This document shows positions 29,702 to 40,161 of a stretch of 64,000 bases of DNA, piece after piece. The notes under the pieces were generated by a model that searched no databases, was not told the DNA's origin, and worked only from the letters and a program-made list of their open reading frames with translations. Source of the stretch: Bacteriovoracia bacterium (lineage in GTDB: Bacteria > Bdellovibrionota > UBA1018 > CAIPTA01); the NCBI GenBank assembly GCA_050246755.1, contig JBFWVL010000001.1, forward strand, positions 96,001-160,000. Direction: 5' to 3'. Every line of letters begins with the position of its first letter. Position 1 is the stretch's first letter. Both the position numbers and the translations under genes were made by a program.

Positions 29702-30871
29702 CTATTCTGCGGTGGTAGAAGAACCCTCTTCCTTTGCGGAAGAATCGGATTCGATTTGCTTGTGCCTGGCACGCGCCTTCACGAAGTCCATGGATTCATC
29801 GTCTTTGCCGATTTTAATGCAGCGGCCATAGACCACTTCCTTATTCAGCTTTTTCTCTTCGCCGGCCGGAGTTACTTCCACCTGCATCCACTTTTCGTCG
29901 TCGGAGATAGTGTCCTTGTTGAAAGGACCATACTCGGCAGGAGCCGTTTTGAACTTCCAGCTGCGGCCATCGAACTTCTGGGTGATCTCTCCGCGAACCG
30001 GAATCGTTCCGTCTTTGTATTCGTTCAGGGTCAGGCCCGGCACGAACATCGTGGTCCGGCTAGCCAGCTCTTCGCCGCCGATGCGGTTGAAGTTAAACAG
30101 CAAACCTTTTACGCCGTTTTGCGAGGATTCCGAAACATACCAGCCCGTGCTCTTACGCTGCTGGGTGCTGTATCCGGCGGCAGGAACCGCCACCTGGTAC
30201 TTCGACCAGCACTGCTGGTAAACCGGCGCTTCCCAAATATCTTTCAGGAGAGGCTCGCTGCCCTCGAAGAACAGGCTCACCACGTTTTTGCGGGTATCGT
30301 CGGAGGTAATCGCGTCTCCGCCGGAGCGGCGAAGGGCGTAAACCAATTCGTGGACGATCAGGGCGGCCCGATCCCTGGGGCTGAGCATTTTAAAATATTT
30401 TTTATTTATCTTAATCTTGAGTTTCTTGAAGTACATGGAGCTGAATACGCTCTGGTCTCCGGTCTGCTGGGCGATCTGCACCGCTTTGCAACCCGGCTTC
30501 AAGTCCGGCAAGGTAGCGTCGGAGCTGTACGCCAGATTTTCGTCCACGTACTGCACCTTCTCTTTCAGGAGCGTGCGCAAGGAGTCCATCATGGGCTTGC
30601 CGCCGGCGGGCGTCGGGGCGGCGGCTCTAGATTTCTGCGCGAAAATATCGAGGTAGAATTTTAGGTTTCTCTGAAGCGTGCCTTGGTCCGGCAAGGGCTT
30701 CAAGTTATGCACGTGCTCGCCTTCGTAGAGGTCGAGGGTTTGCAGTTTCCCGTTACAGAGGATGCCTATGCCTCCGCCGGTGCCTACTCCACCTTCAGCG
30801 AAGCAGGAAGTGCTTGCTCCCAATAGGGAGGCAGCCAAGAGCGCTAATTTCATTTTAGGTACGTGCTTCAT
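29702..30871 (-). CDS. Secreted hypothetical protein with Gly-rich N-terminus and HE-only zincin-like motif
   Basis: GGAG RBS; signal peptide then EGGVGTGGG; IKINKKYF...AALIVHELVY. Confidence 0.75.
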   Translation of the reverse strand: MKHVPKMKLALLAASLLGASTSCFAEGGVGTGGGIGILCNGKLQTLDLYEGEHVHNLKPLPDQGTLQRNLKFYLDIFAQKSRAAAPTPAGGKPMMDSLRTLLKEKVQYVDENLAYSSDATLPDLKPGCKAVQIAQQTGDQSVFSSMYFKKLKIKINKKYFKMLSPRDRAALIVHELVYALRRSGGDAITSDDTRKNVVSLFFEGSEPLLKDIWEAPVYQQCWSKYQVAVPAAGYSTQQRKSTGWYVSESSQNGVKGLLFNFNRIGGEELASRTTMFVPGLTLNEYKDGTIPVRGEITQKFDGRSWKFKTAPAEYGPFNKDTISDDEKWMQVEVTPAGEEKKLNKEVVYGRCIKIGKDDESMDFVKARARHKQIESDSSAKEEGSSTTAE

Positions 30872-30991
30872 TTGCAGGTCTCCATTAAATTGTACTTCTA
30901 GATCTAATTTAACGCATGGCAGCAACATCCTCCTTAGCAATTTAGTCTAAAGATCGCGAAAAAAGTGACCGATAGTCATATAATGGAGCAT

Positions 30992-31804
30992 ATGGTGAAT
31001 ATCTATGCCTTTTCTGACTACCGCGCTTTCCTGAAAGCCTGGCTCCAGGAGGCTAAAACCACGAAGACTTCGAACCTCTCGCGGCTCGCGGAGGTGGCTA
31101 AGGTGCACGCCACCTTTCTCTCCCACGTGCTCACCGGCGACAAACACCTCAGCCTCGAACAGGCCGCCTTCCTCAGCGAGTACTTTGGACATACCAGGCT
31201 CGAGCGCGACTACTTCTTCGTGCTCATCCACCTCGACCGCGCGGGCACCCCTATCCTCCGCGAATACTGGGAGGAGAAAAAGCTGCAGCTCGAGAAAGAA
31301 AAAAACAAGCTCAGCGCCCGCTTCGATCCTCACCACGAGCTCACGCCGGAACAAAGGGCCACCTTCTATTCTTCCTGGCTCTACGTGGCCATCTGGGTGA
31401 GCACCGATATCGCCGGCGGCCAAACCCTCCCCCAGATCGCCGCGCGCTTTCGCCTGAAACCCACGAAGGCCGAGGAGATCATGACCTTCCTCGTGCAAAC
31501 GGGGATTTGCGTGGAAGAAAAAGGGAAGTTCCACATGGGAAAAACGCACGTGCATGTGCCCAACGAATCCCCGCTCGTGGTGAAGCACCATTCGAACTGG
31601 CGGATGAAGGCGATGCAGAGAATGGACTTTCGCGAGGAGGCCGAATTATTTTTCACCGCGCCGATGTCGATCTCGAAAAAAGATTTCGCCGCGATCCGGG
31701 AAAAGCTCAACGTGGTGATCAAAGAAGCCGTGGAAGTGGCGAAGGCCTCACGCTCCGAAGATCTCTTCTGCCTGAATATCGATTTCTTCCAATCGGAAGC
31801 GTAG
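30992..31804 (+). CDS. TIGR02147-family protein (N-terminal HTH + DUF4423)
   Basis: DYRAFLK, LSHVLTGDKHLSLEQA, FYSSW, HHSNWRMKA, LFCLNIDFF. Confidence 0.88.
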   Translation: MVNIYAFSDYRAFLKAWLQEAKTTKTSNLSRLAEVAKVHATFLSHVLTGDKHLSLEQAAFLSEYFGHTRLERDYFFVLIHLDRAGTPILREYWEEKKLQLEKEKNKLSARFDPHHELTPEQRATFYSSWLYVAIWVSTDIAGGQTLPQIAARFRLKPTKAEEIMTFLVQTGICVEEKGKFHMGKTHVHVPNESPLVVKHHSNWRMKAMQRMDFREEAELFFTAPMSISKKDFAAIREKLNVVIKEAVEVAKASRSEDLFCLNIDFFQSEA

Positions 31805-31824
31805 CGTTGGACAGGCTGAGGCTC

Positions 31825-32634
31825 CTAAACCCGGAAAAAATCCAAGTTGAACGAATAAAGCTCCTCCTCGCGCGACTCCTTAACGATCGGTTTCACGGTT
31901 TCAATCGACTGGATGAGGATTTCGCGGATGCGGACAACGTCGGAGGCGGCGATCGTTACCACGGAGGAATAATGAAGATCCGTTTCTTCCTCCTTCTCGA
32001 GAGCGAGGATGGAGCGTAACCTCCAGTTCGTATGGTGGCGCAGCGACATCACCGCGTCGTTGCCAAGGTGGATGCGCGTATTTCCCGCGAAAAAAAGATC
32101 GCCCTCCTGCCGCAGGAGACCCGCCTGCAGCAGGAAATCGATCGCTTCGTTGAATAGCTTCTGCGAAAGCCCGAGACGACGGCGCATACGGTCTTTGGTG
32201 CGGAATTCTGGGATCGTGGCCAGCACGTGCACGGCCGCGAAATGCCAGGAACTGAAATATTTCGTCTGCAAAGATTCCGAGAGAGGCTGTGCAACCCCTA
32301 GCCGTTCTTTCAGCATGAGGCGTTTGCGGCGCAGCTCCTGAATTTTTTCGTCGAAATAAGAGCGGAGGCGACCGCTGCCCGCCCTTTCGAATTGCACAAG
32401 GAGGAAGAAAAAATCCCTCTCCTCTTTTCCCTGCTCGAGTAGCGCAGCCAGGGCATCGGCTTGCTCCAAACTGAAATGGGCTACCCCCTTCAGGACCTGC
32501 GATACGTAGGCCGTTTGACAGCCCATGGCTTTCGCCATCAAAGAGCGTTGCCCTCTTCCAGCCTGAGGAAGGGATTCCAGCCAGTCACTGAGGTAGGCTT
32601 TATAGCTGTCATATTCGAAGATGGCTTTTTTCAT
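31825..32634 (-). CDS. TIGR02147-family protein (N-terminal HTH + DUF4423)
   Basis: SYKAYL, YVSQVLKG..HFSLEQA, YFSSW, HHTNWRLR, LYSFNLDFF. Confidence 0.88.
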   Translation of the reverse strand: MKKAIFEYDSYKAYLSDWLESLPQAGRGQRSLMAKAMGCQTAYVSQVLKGVAHFSLEQADALAALLEQGKEERDFFFLLVQFERAGSGRLRSYFDEKIQELRRKRLMLKERLGVAQPLSESLQTKYFSSWHFAAVHVLATIPEFRTKDRMRRRLGLSQKLFNEAIDFLLQAGLLRQEGDLFFAGNTRIHLGNDAVMSLRHHTNWRLRSILALEKEEETDLHYSSVVTIAASDVVRIREILIQSIETVKPIVKESREEELYSFNLDFFRV

Positions 32635-32770
32635 GAATATTCTTCTTAGCTTACGGCTTAATTAAGTAAAACTTTATAAATAAGGTGAAATTTAATTAGA
32701 ATCAACTATCAACCGAGTGTATTACTAGGTTATTCTCGTTTTCGTCAAAGTGACGAACGAAGGAGACCCT

Positions 32771-33850
32771 ATGGAAACCCGAATGAAGAATCTAAAAACT
32801 GCCTGCCTAACCCTCCTAGCCCTCTCCCTAGCCTCCACTGCGCATGCGGTGAAAGAAGGCGGAGATATCAGCGGCGGCGGTAGCGAAGTGGGAGGTATGA
32901 GTTACGAAAATTTCCTGCTCAAAAATAAATTCGATCCCAAGGCCCAAAGCCTCGGCGGCGAGCAAGAGCTGACGAAAATAAAATCCTTGCTCCCGTCCCT
33001 CGGCGAACGCATGGAAGGAATCTATAAAAAAAGATGGATCCTCGTGGGCGGCGACGATATCGCCCAGCTCTCGAACGTAGCTACCGGCATCCCGCTCAAT
33101 AAAAAAGAAGTGATGCTGCAAAATGAGCGCTTCGTGTACGTGAACCGCGACTGGCTGAAGAACGCCACCGCCGAAGAAAAGTCCGTTATGCTCACCCACG
33201 AGTATTGGCAGTATATCCGCGTATCGAACAATAACGCCCTAGCCAATTCCAAAGATAAATCCGCGCTCGGCGTGGAAGGAGGAATGGTAGCTCCCGGCGC
33301 CGTGCCCGAAATTAATTTCGAAATGCTCGATAATACCGAGATCACCGCTAAAGAACTCCAGGCCCTGGCAAAGAAATTTAATTTCGGCACCTACGGCACC
33401 AAAGAAGAAACGGAGAAAGCCACCGCCGAAATCGAGAAAACGAAAAAAAAGGTGCTCGCGGCCTGCGCAAAAGCCACTGCCAACGATTTAATGGATTTGC
33501 TGGAAGACGCGAAGGCACCCTTGAAACAACTCATAGAGCGCACCAGCGCAAGTTCCGGGCTCGGAGCAGAGCTGCGCCGCCAGCAGAAGAAATCCCTGCC
33601 CAAAGAGCTGGAAGATTTCGGCGACCACGAAGTGCGTGACGACAACGCCAGATGGGGAACTCCCGGAGGAAGCTCACTGGGGGCCATGAGCATGAGGCTC
33701 GAAAAATACCTCGATAATTCCGAGGCCGCCTGCAAAGCGCTCGGCGTGCGCAAGGCCGAGAAGCCAAAGATCGCCAAGCCCAAGACCAAAAAAGCCGCCG
33801 CTCCCTCCGGATCTTCCGACGAAGAATTTGGCAGCGGCTCAGCTCAATGA
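32771..33850 (+). CDS. Secreted hypothetical protein with Gly-rich N-terminus and HE-only zincin-like motif
   Basis: AGGAG RBS; signal peptide then EGGDISGGG; VYVNRDW...SVMLTHEYWQ. Confidence 0.75.
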   Translation: METRMKNLKTACLTLLALSLASTAHAVKEGGDISGGGSEVGGMSYENFLLKNKFDPKAQSLGGEQELTKIKSLLPSLGERMEGIYKKRWILVGGDDIAQLSNVATGIPLNKKEVMLQNERFVYVNRDWLKNATAEEKSVMLTHEYWQYIRVSNNNALANSKDKSALGVEGGMVAPGAVPEINFEMLDNTEITAKELQALAKKFNFGTYGTKEETEKATAEIEKTKKKVLAACAKATANDLMDLLEDAKAPLKQLIERTSASSGLGAELRRQQKKSLPKELEDFGDHEVRDDNARWGTPGGSSLGAMSMRLEKYLDNSEAACKALGVRKAEKPKIAKPKTKKAAAPSGSSDEEFGSGSAQ

Positions 33851-33938
33851 TCTAAACAAGCATTCGCTATCCACGACTAAACCCTAACCGACCGGCGCGG
33901 ACTCGCTCGCGCTCGCAAAAAAACACTAGGAGACCTAT

Positions 33939-34565
33939 ATGAAAATCGCCCTTATCGCTCTCGCCCTTGCCGCCTACCCCACCGCCTTCGCCAATTCCGT
34001 GGACGACGCCTTTAACTCCGCGGTGAAAAAACAATCGTCGCAGAAAGAGCAGAAAAAAAACCAAGAAGAAGCCAGTAAGAAATCCCTGCGCCAGAACCAG
34101 CTCATCAAGGCGGCCACTATGATCACCGCGAAAATGGGAACTTCGGTGGCCGAGCTCGGCTCCGTAAGCGTCCGCAATGATCCCTCGAATCCCAGTACCG
34201 AAACCGTGAAACTGAAAACAAAAAGTGGCCTGGTTTGCCAAGTGGAGTTCGATATGTTCCGCGAAGACAACTATCTCGCGAGAAATATCGAGCGGCAGCT
34301 TCCCACCCTAGAGGCTCTCTGCGGAAGGAAAGCTCCCAATGAACTGGCGGAGGTTCAGGCCAATAGCAGCACCGCTTCGAGGTTCTTCAGCTCGAACGGC
34401 GAAAGCGATTTGAACGATGCCTACGCCTCGCTCCGCTACTCCTGCAACTTAAACCAATGGGAAGCACGCGGCGACTGCTACGATTCCCGCGGGAACCAAA
34501 GCTATATGGGCGTGAATGAAGTGATGGCGAACGAGCTCGGAGTTCGGATCTACGATTCCAACTAA
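33939..34565 (+). CDS. Secreted hypothetical protein
   Basis: AGGAG RBS; signal peptide MKIALIALALAAYPTAFA. Confidence 0.7.
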   Translation: MKIALIALALAAYPTAFANSVDDAFNSAVKKQSSQKEQKKNQEEASKKSLRQNQLIKAATMITAKMGTSVAELGSVSVRNDPSNPSTETVKLKTKSGLVCQVEFDMFREDNYLARNIERQLPTLEALCGRKAPNELAEVQANSSTASRFFSSNGESDLNDAYASLRYSCNLNQWEARGDCYDSRGNQSYMGVNEVMANELGVRIYDSN

Positions 34566-34579
34566 GAGAAAAAACGCGC

Positions 34580-34957
34580 TCAGCCCAAGATCACGCTAGC
34601 CATCGCCATATCGCCTTCGTGGGAAAGCGAGAGAAAGATCTTGGTGGCGTCGAAATCGTGGAAGATCTCGGCGGCGCGGCCACTTAACTTAATAATGGGC
34701 GCCCCGCCCTCTTCATGCGCCACTTCGATTTCGGCGAAATCGCCGCTGGGGCCTAGGCCGAGCTTCAGCGCCTTGCCGTAGGCTTCCTTGGCCGCGAAAC
34801 GGGCGGCGAAATAGGGATAAGGGTCTTTTTTCGAGCGGCAATAAGCGATCTCGGCCGCAGAGAAAACGCGGGTCTCGAAGTGGCTGCCCTCTTTTTCCAG
34901 AATTTTACGAATGCGATCAATCGAAACCAGATCGATGCCGTGGCCCTTGATGCTCAT
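34580..34957 (-). CDS. acpS: Holo-ACP synthase
   Basis: GHGIDLV, AARFAAKEA..KA, LSLSHE. Confidence 0.95.
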   Translation of the reverse strand: MSIKGHGIDLVSIDRIRKILEKEGSHFETRVFSAAEIAYCRSKKDPYPYFAARFAAKEAYGKALKLGLGPSGDFAEIEVAHEEGGAPIIKLSGRAAEIFHDFDATKIFLSLSHEGDMAMASVILG

Positions 34958-36393
34958 TTATGGCGGGTTCCCGGAACGTCGGGGGCGCCCACGGCTTTGG
35001 CGAAAGCGGCGGCGATTTTTTTCGCGTGGGCCCGGATCATCTTTAGGTCTTCGCCCTCGATCATCACGCGCACGAGTGGCTCGGTACCCGAATAGCGCAC
35101 GAACACGCGGCCCCGCCCCGCAAGCTCTTTCTCGGCGGCGGCGATGAGCTTCTTCACTTCGGGAATGGATTCAGCCGGTTTTTTTTCCGTCACGCGCACG
35201 TCTTCCCGCACCTGCGGCATGAGCGGGATTTCTTTCTTCAGCTCCGAGAGGGATTTTCCGGTGCGGATCATGATCTCGAGAACTTTCAGGGCCGCGAGCA
35301 GGCCGTCACCGGTGGAACCGTGCTGACTGAAAATCAAATGCCCGCTTTGTTCGCCGCCGAACGTATGGCCACCTTTTTTCATTTCTTCCAAAACGTAACG
35401 GTCGCCCACGTTGGCGCGGAGTAATTTGATGCCGAGAGATTTCAAATAAAGCTCGAGGCCCATGTTCGACATGGGCGTGGCCACCACCGTATTGTTCGCG
35501 AGCTTGCCCTGGGCCTGGAGCTCGAGGGCGCAGATGCCCATGATCTGGTCGCCGTTCACGATGGCGCCGGTTTCGTCGGAAAGAATCAGGCGGTCGGCGT
35601 CGCCGTCGAGGGAGATCCCGATCTTCGCGCCGAATTCCACCACGGCGCCGGCCGCCACTTCGGGATAGAGCGCGCCGGCCCCCTGATTGATATTGGTGCC
35701 GTTGGGCTCGCAGCCCCGGGTGATCACGCGGGCGCCTAATTCCTGGAAAAGCATCGGCGCCACTTTATAGGCAGCGCCGTGCGCGCAGTCCACCACCACG
35801 GGAATATCCTGGAGGTGAAAATCTTTGGGCAGGGAATTTTTTAGCGCCACGATGTAGCGGCCGCCGGCGTCCTCGATGCGGCGGGTGCGCCCGATTTTCT
35901 CGTTGAGCGGGCGGAACGCGGAGCCTTCGTCGGTGATCGTGCCTTTGCCTTCGATGGCCTCCCACACGAGCTTCTCGATCTCGTGCTCGATATCGTCGGG
36001 GAGCTTGAAGCCGAGGTGGTCGAAGATCTTGATCCCGTTATCGTGGTAGGGATTATGCGAAGCGCTCACCACGATGCCCGCGTCTGCGCGCATATTCTGC
36101 ACCAGAAAGGCGATGGCGGGCGTGGGCAGAGGGCCGGTAAGGAGCACGTCGGCGCCCATGGAACAGATCCCGCTCGCGAGGGCCTGCTCGATCATGTAGC
36201 AGGAAAGGCGCGTGTCTTTGCCGATCAGGATGCGGGGCTTGGGGTAATGCGAGCGTTTGGTGCCGCCAGCGCGGGCGAGCAGAACGCGGGCGGTGGCGGC
36301 CCCCACCTGGAGGGCCACTTCGGCGTTCATGGGGAAGCGATTCGCCAGTCCCCTAATGCCATCGGTGCCGAAGAGTCTTTGTCTTTTCACCAC
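34954..36393 (-). CDS. glmM: Phosphoglucosamine mutase
   Basis: LFGTDGIRG, SASHNP, DGDADR, GGEQSGH, VRYSGTEP. Confidence 0.96.
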   Translation of the reverse strand: MVKRQRLFGTDGIRGLANRFPMNAEVALQVGAATARVLLARAGGTKRSHYPKPRILIGKDTRLSCYMIEQALASGICSMGADVLLTGPLPTPAIAFLVQNMRADAGIVVSASHNPYHDNGIKIFDHLGFKLPDDIEHEIEKLVWEAIEGKGTITDEGSAFRPLNEKIGRTRRIEDAGGRYIVALKNSLPKDFHLQDIPVVVDCAHGAAYKVAPMLFQELGARVITRGCEPNGTNINQGAGALYPEVAAGAVVEFGAKIGISLDGDADRLILSDETGAIVNGDQIMGICALELQAQGKLANNTVVATPMSNMGLELYLKSLGIKLLRANVGDRYVLEEMKKGGHTFGGEQSGHLIFSQHGSTGDGLLAALKVLEIMIRTGKSLSELKKEIPLMPQVREDVRVTEKKPAESIPEVKKLIAAAEKELAGRGRVFVRYSGTEPLVRVMIEGEDLKMIRAHAKKIAAAFAKAVGAPDVPGTRHK

Positions 36394-36405
36394 GAACGAA
36401 ATCTC

Positions 36406-37302
36406 CTAATCGATGCGAACCTGAATGCGGTCCGGCACCACACGCACCAGCTTCACGCCGGCCGGTAATTCAGCCTTCACTTCGCGCACGTAAATTCCGG
36501 CCTTGGTCTCGGGAACTTCCACATACGCCTGCACCCGTTCCGGGGTCAAGGAGCGGATTAAATTTGGCGGGCAGTTCACGAAGAGCGCTACTTTTTCGGG
36601 CTTGGCGCTGAATGCGCGCGAGGCCTTAACCTTCACGGGCACGCCGGCCACGCGAAAGTTAGATCCCGTGGGCTCCACTTCCACCATCACGCGGGGATCA
36701 TTTTCCTCTTCGAAGCGCACGGCGGGGTGCACGAGCACGAGCGGCACCTCCCATTTCAAGCCGGCGGGAACGTCGGCGAGATCCACGGGTTGGGAGCGCA
36801 CTTCGGAAATCTTCTCGATGATATTGCGCGGGCCCTTCACGCGCACATTCTTAGGCATGGCCTGTAAACGCACCAGGCGGTAGCCATTCGGCACTTCGTT
36901 CTTTTTCACGATCTCCACCGGCACGGTGCGAACGTCCATATGCTCGAGGATGGGATTGATCGTAGACGGACTGATCGAAAGCACGCGCACGCCGATCGGC
37001 AAATGCAGCGAATCTTTTTGGATATTGTAGAAAGCGGGGCCGGTTTTCGCCTTCGTGAGATCCACGCGGATCGTATCGAGGGAATTGGCCAGGGTGCGCA
37101 GGAAAAACTTGGAGCCCGAGAGGCGGAAACTCACGCGGTCGGGCACTTCGTTGGCCACCACCAGGCCGGAGGGCAAGTCCATCTCGAGGTTCACTTCTTT
37201 GGTGATCTCGATGGAATTGGCGCTCATCACCACGAACCAGATGCCGAAGGCCACGAAGATGGAGAGAAATTTCCAGGCGAGATTATGGAATAAAAAGTTC
37301 AT
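36406..37302 (-). CDS. cdaR: CdaR/YbbR-family diadenylate cyclase regulator
   Basis: N-terminal KFLSIFVAFGIW TM plus three YbbR-like repeats; lies between cdaA and glmM. Confidence 0.85.
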   Translation of the reverse strand: MNFLFHNLAWKFLSIFVAFGIWFVVMSANSIEITKEVNLEMDLPSGLVVANEVPDRVSFRLSGSKFFLRTLANSLDTIRVDLTKAKTGPAFYNIQKDSLHLPIGVRVLSISPSTINPILEHMDVRTVPVEIVKKNEVPNGYRLVRLQAMPKNVRVKGPRNIIEKISEVRSQPVDLADVPAGLKWEVPLVLVHPAVRFEEENDPRVMVEVEPTGSNFRVAGVPVKVKASRAFSAKPEKVALFVNCPPNLIRSLTPERVQAYVEVPETKAGIYVREVKAELPAGVKLVRVVPDRIQVRID

Positions 37303-37386
37303 GCCTCGCCTCCAGCGTCGGCACCCTGTGGGCTCTCGCTTGCACTCGAGTGCAAAAATCCCCTCCTGGGATTTTTGTCATGCCTC
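37299..37386. repeat. Palindromic REP/MITE-like insert flanked by a 9-bp direct repeat
   Basis: TCATGCCTC at 37299-37307 and 37378-37386; perfect palindrome TTGCACTCGAGTGCAA (37340-37355); hairpin CAAAAATCCC/GGGATTTTTG (37353-37377). Confidence 0.55.
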
Positions 37387-37408
37387 TCATTTAAGCTCCG
37401 CAAAAGCA

Positions 37409-38212
37409 TCACTCCACTCCCTTCACGGAACTTCCGCGGCCGAAATCGGTGAGCTCGAGGATCACGGCGAGGCTATTGGCGAGCTCTTCCTCGGAAAGCT
37501 TGGAAGAAATGCGGCCGGCCTTCACGAGGTAGGCGGCTCCGGCTTCTTCGCTCACGAGCACCACCACGGCGTCGGTATCTTCGGTGAGCCCGATGGCGGC
37601 GCGGTGGCGCGTGCCGAAGGCCTTATCTACGTTGGGATTCTTGGTGAGCGGCAGGAAACAGCCCGCGGCGGCGATCTTGCCGTCCTTCACGATCACGGCT
37701 CCGTCGTGAATGGGAGACGAAGGGATGAAAATCGAATAGAGCAGCTCGGAACGCACGGACGCGTCCAATTTTGCGCCGGTATCGATGAAATTCTTGAGGC
37801 CGGTTTCGCGCTCGATCACGATCAAGGCGCCCATGCGGTCGCGGGCCATCTGCAGCGCGGCCTTGGCCACCTCTTCCACCACCATGCGATCGAGCTGTTC
37901 CGCCTTCGAGGAGACGAAGGGATTTTTGCCCACGAACGCGAGCGCGCGGCGCAGGTCGTCCTGGAAGAGCACGATGATGATGATGAAAAGGTAGTCGAAG
38001 AAGTGCTGGAGGATCCAGTGCACGGTAAAGAGCTCGAAGTAGCTCGAGAGGAAATAGAAAACCCCGAGGAACAGGAGCCCCGTGATCATCTGGATCGCGT
38101 GCGTGCCCCTCAGGATCATGAATACCCGATAGACCACGAACGCGACCAGGATGATGTCCACCAGGTCGTGCATGCGGAATCCGTTCAGGATATTCGCGAG
38201 CAGTACGTTCAT
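37409..38212 (-). CDS. cdaA: Diadenylate cyclase (c-di-AMP synthase)
   Basis: Three N-terminal TMs; [13 protein letters not shown] (DGA) and GTRHRAA (RHR) motifs. Confidence 0.95.
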   Translation of the reverse strand: MNVLLANILNGFRMHDLVDIILVAFVVYRVFMILRGTHAIQMITGLLFLGVFYFLSSYFELFTVHWILQHFFDYLFIIIIVLFQDDLRRALAFVGKNPFVSSKAEQLDRMVVEEVAKAALQMARDRMGALIVIERETGLKNFIDTGAKLDASVRSELLYSIFIPSSPIHDGAVIVKDGKIAAAGCFLPLTKNPNVDKAFGTRHRAAIGLTEDTDAVVVLVSEEAGAAYLVKAGRISSKLSEEELANSLAVILELTDFGRGSSVKGVE

Positions 38213-40161
38213 ACCGGCGCGGGAGTAGAGGAAGAACCGGGAATCACTCCGCCCACGGCGCCTTCATTGGTGGCGGGCGCAGAGCCGGAACCGCCGGAGC
38301 TGCTTTCTTTTTTGGCCGCCTTGGAGGGCAGCTTCACGCGCTTCATCAAGAGATCGATCTCGTCCTTATCGAGGGTTTCGTGATCGAGCAATGCCGCCGC
38401 CATCGTGTGAAGAATATCGATATTGGAGCTGAGGAGCTCGCGGGCACGGCGGTAATTCCGCTCCACGATCTCACGCACTTCGTTATCGATCATCTGCGCG
38501 GTGGCTTCCGAGAACTCGCGCACGTGGCCCATTTCGCGGCCGAGGAATACCTGTTCTTCCTTTTTGCCGAAGGTAACGGGTCCAAGGCGATCGCTCATCC
38601 CCCACTCGCAAATCATTTTGCGGGCGAGATCGGTGGCACGCTCGATATCGTTTCCGGCGCCGGTGGTCTTATGGCCGAACACGATCTCTTCGGCGATCCT
38701 TCCGCCCATGAGGAAGCCGATCATGTTCTCGGCTCGCTCCTTGGTATAGGAGAGACGGTCCTCGGTAGGCATGGTTTGCGTGAGGCCGAGCGCGAAGCCC
38801 CGGGGAATGATCGTCACCTTATGGATGGGGTCGTTGCCGGGCATCAAGTGGCCCACGATGGTATGGCCCGACTCGTGGTAGGCCGTATTCTTTTTCTCGT
38901 CGTCGCTGATCACGAGGCTCTTACGCTCGGATCCCATCAGCACTTTATCTTTGGCCATTTCAAAATCGACCATCTCGAGGAATTTCTTGCCCGTGCGGGC
39001 CGCGAAGAGCGCCGCTTCGTTCACGAGATTTTCGAGATCCGCGCCCGACATTCCGGGAGTCTGGCGGGCGATGAAATTGAGGTTCACGCCGGGGCCAAGC
39101 GGGGTTTTGCGCGCGTGCACAGTGAGGATCTGCTCGCGTCCGCGCACGTCGGGCTTGCCAACTACCACGCGGCGGTCGAAGCGTCCCGGACGCAGGAGCG
39201 CGGGATCTAGCACATCAGGACGGTTCGTGGCGGCCACGAGGATCACGCCTTCGTTGCCTTCGAATCCATCCATCTCCACGAGGAGCTGGTTCAGGGTTTG
39301 CTCCCGTTCATCGTGGCCTCCGCCCAGGCCCGCGCCACGCTGGCGGCCTACGGCGTCGATCTCGTCGATGAAGATAATGCAGGGAGCTTGCTTCTTGCCT
39401 TGCTCGAAAAGATCGCGAACCCTAGAGGCGCCCACGCCCACGAACATTTCCACGAAATCGGATCCCGAGATCGAGAAGAAAGGCACGCCTGCTTCGCCCG
39501 CGATGGCTTTGGCGAGCAAGGTCTTCCCGGTGCCGGGAGGGCCCATCAAGAGAACGCCCTTAGGGATGCGTCCGCCGAGACGGGTAAATTTTTTCGGGTC
39601 CTTCAGGAAGGCAATGATCTCTTGCAGCTCCTCCTTGGCTTCGTCTACGCCCGCCACGTCCTTGAACGTAACGCGGTTATTGCTCTCGTTCATGAGACGC
39701 GCCTTGGATTTGCCAAAGCTCATCGCCTTGCCGCCGCCGATTTGGATCTGGCGCATGAACACGAAGAAAATCCCTACGAGGAAAAGGATCGGCAGCCAGG
39801 AGAGCAGCGCTTGCTGCCAGAAAGGGGCTTTCTCCACCTGTTTCACGTTGAACTTCACCTTGTTCTGCTCGAGCATGCCGATGAGGCTATCGTCTTTGGC
39901 GTAGGAGAGAGACTTGAAGGCCGTCTTGCCCTGCACGGCCGTTTTGAATTTTCCCAAAATCACGTCGTCGGAGCGAAGGGTAACTTCTTCCACGTTCCCG
40001 GAGCGCACGTTGGCTTTGAATTCGGAATAGTCCACGTCCACGGCGGGATCTTTTAATCCCTGCTCCAGCGCCTTGAATACGAACAAAGAACCAACGAGGA
40101 TGATGGTCCAAAGCGCCATGGATTTGCTGAACTGTCGCATATTGAAGTTTTTCTTTTTCAT
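38209..40161 (-). CDS. ftsH: ATP-dependent zinc metalloprotease FtsH
   Basis: [34 protein letters not shown]. Confidence 0.98.
   Translation of the reverse strand: MKKKNFNMRQFSKSMALWTIILVGSLFVFKALEQGLKDPAVDVDYSEFKANVRSGNVEEVTLRSDDVILGKFKTAVQGKTAFKSLSYAKDDSLIGMLEQNKVKFNVKQVEKAPFWQQALLSWLPILFLVGIFFVFMRQIQIGGGKAMSFGKSKARLMNESNNRVTFKDVAGVDEAKEELQEIIAFLKDPKKFTRLGGRIPKGVLLMGPPGTGKTLLAKAIAGEAGVPFFSISGSDFVEMFVGVGASRVRDLFEQGKKQAPCIIFIDEIDAVGRQRGAGLGGGHDEREQTLNQLLVEMDGFEGNEGVILVAATNRPDVLDPALLRPGRFDRRVVVGKPDVRGREQILTVHARKTPLGPGVNLNFIARQTPGMSGADLENLVNEAALFAARTGKKFLEMVDFEMAKDKVLMGSERKSLVISDDEKKNTAYHESGHTIVGHLMPGNDPIHKVTIIPRGFALGLTQTMPTEDRLSYTKERAENMIGFLMGGRIAEEIVFGHKTTGAGNDIERATDLARKMICEWGMSDRLGPVTFGKKEEQVFLGREMGHVREFSEATAQMIDNEVREIVERNYRRARELLSSNIDILHTMAAALLDHETLDKDEIDLLMKRVKLPSKAAKKESSSGGSGSAPATNEGAVGGVIPGSSSTPAPV

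Noticed and set aside
37055-40056. Plus-strand ORFs opposite cdaR/cdaA/ftsH
   Set aside because: Antisense shadows of conserved genes.
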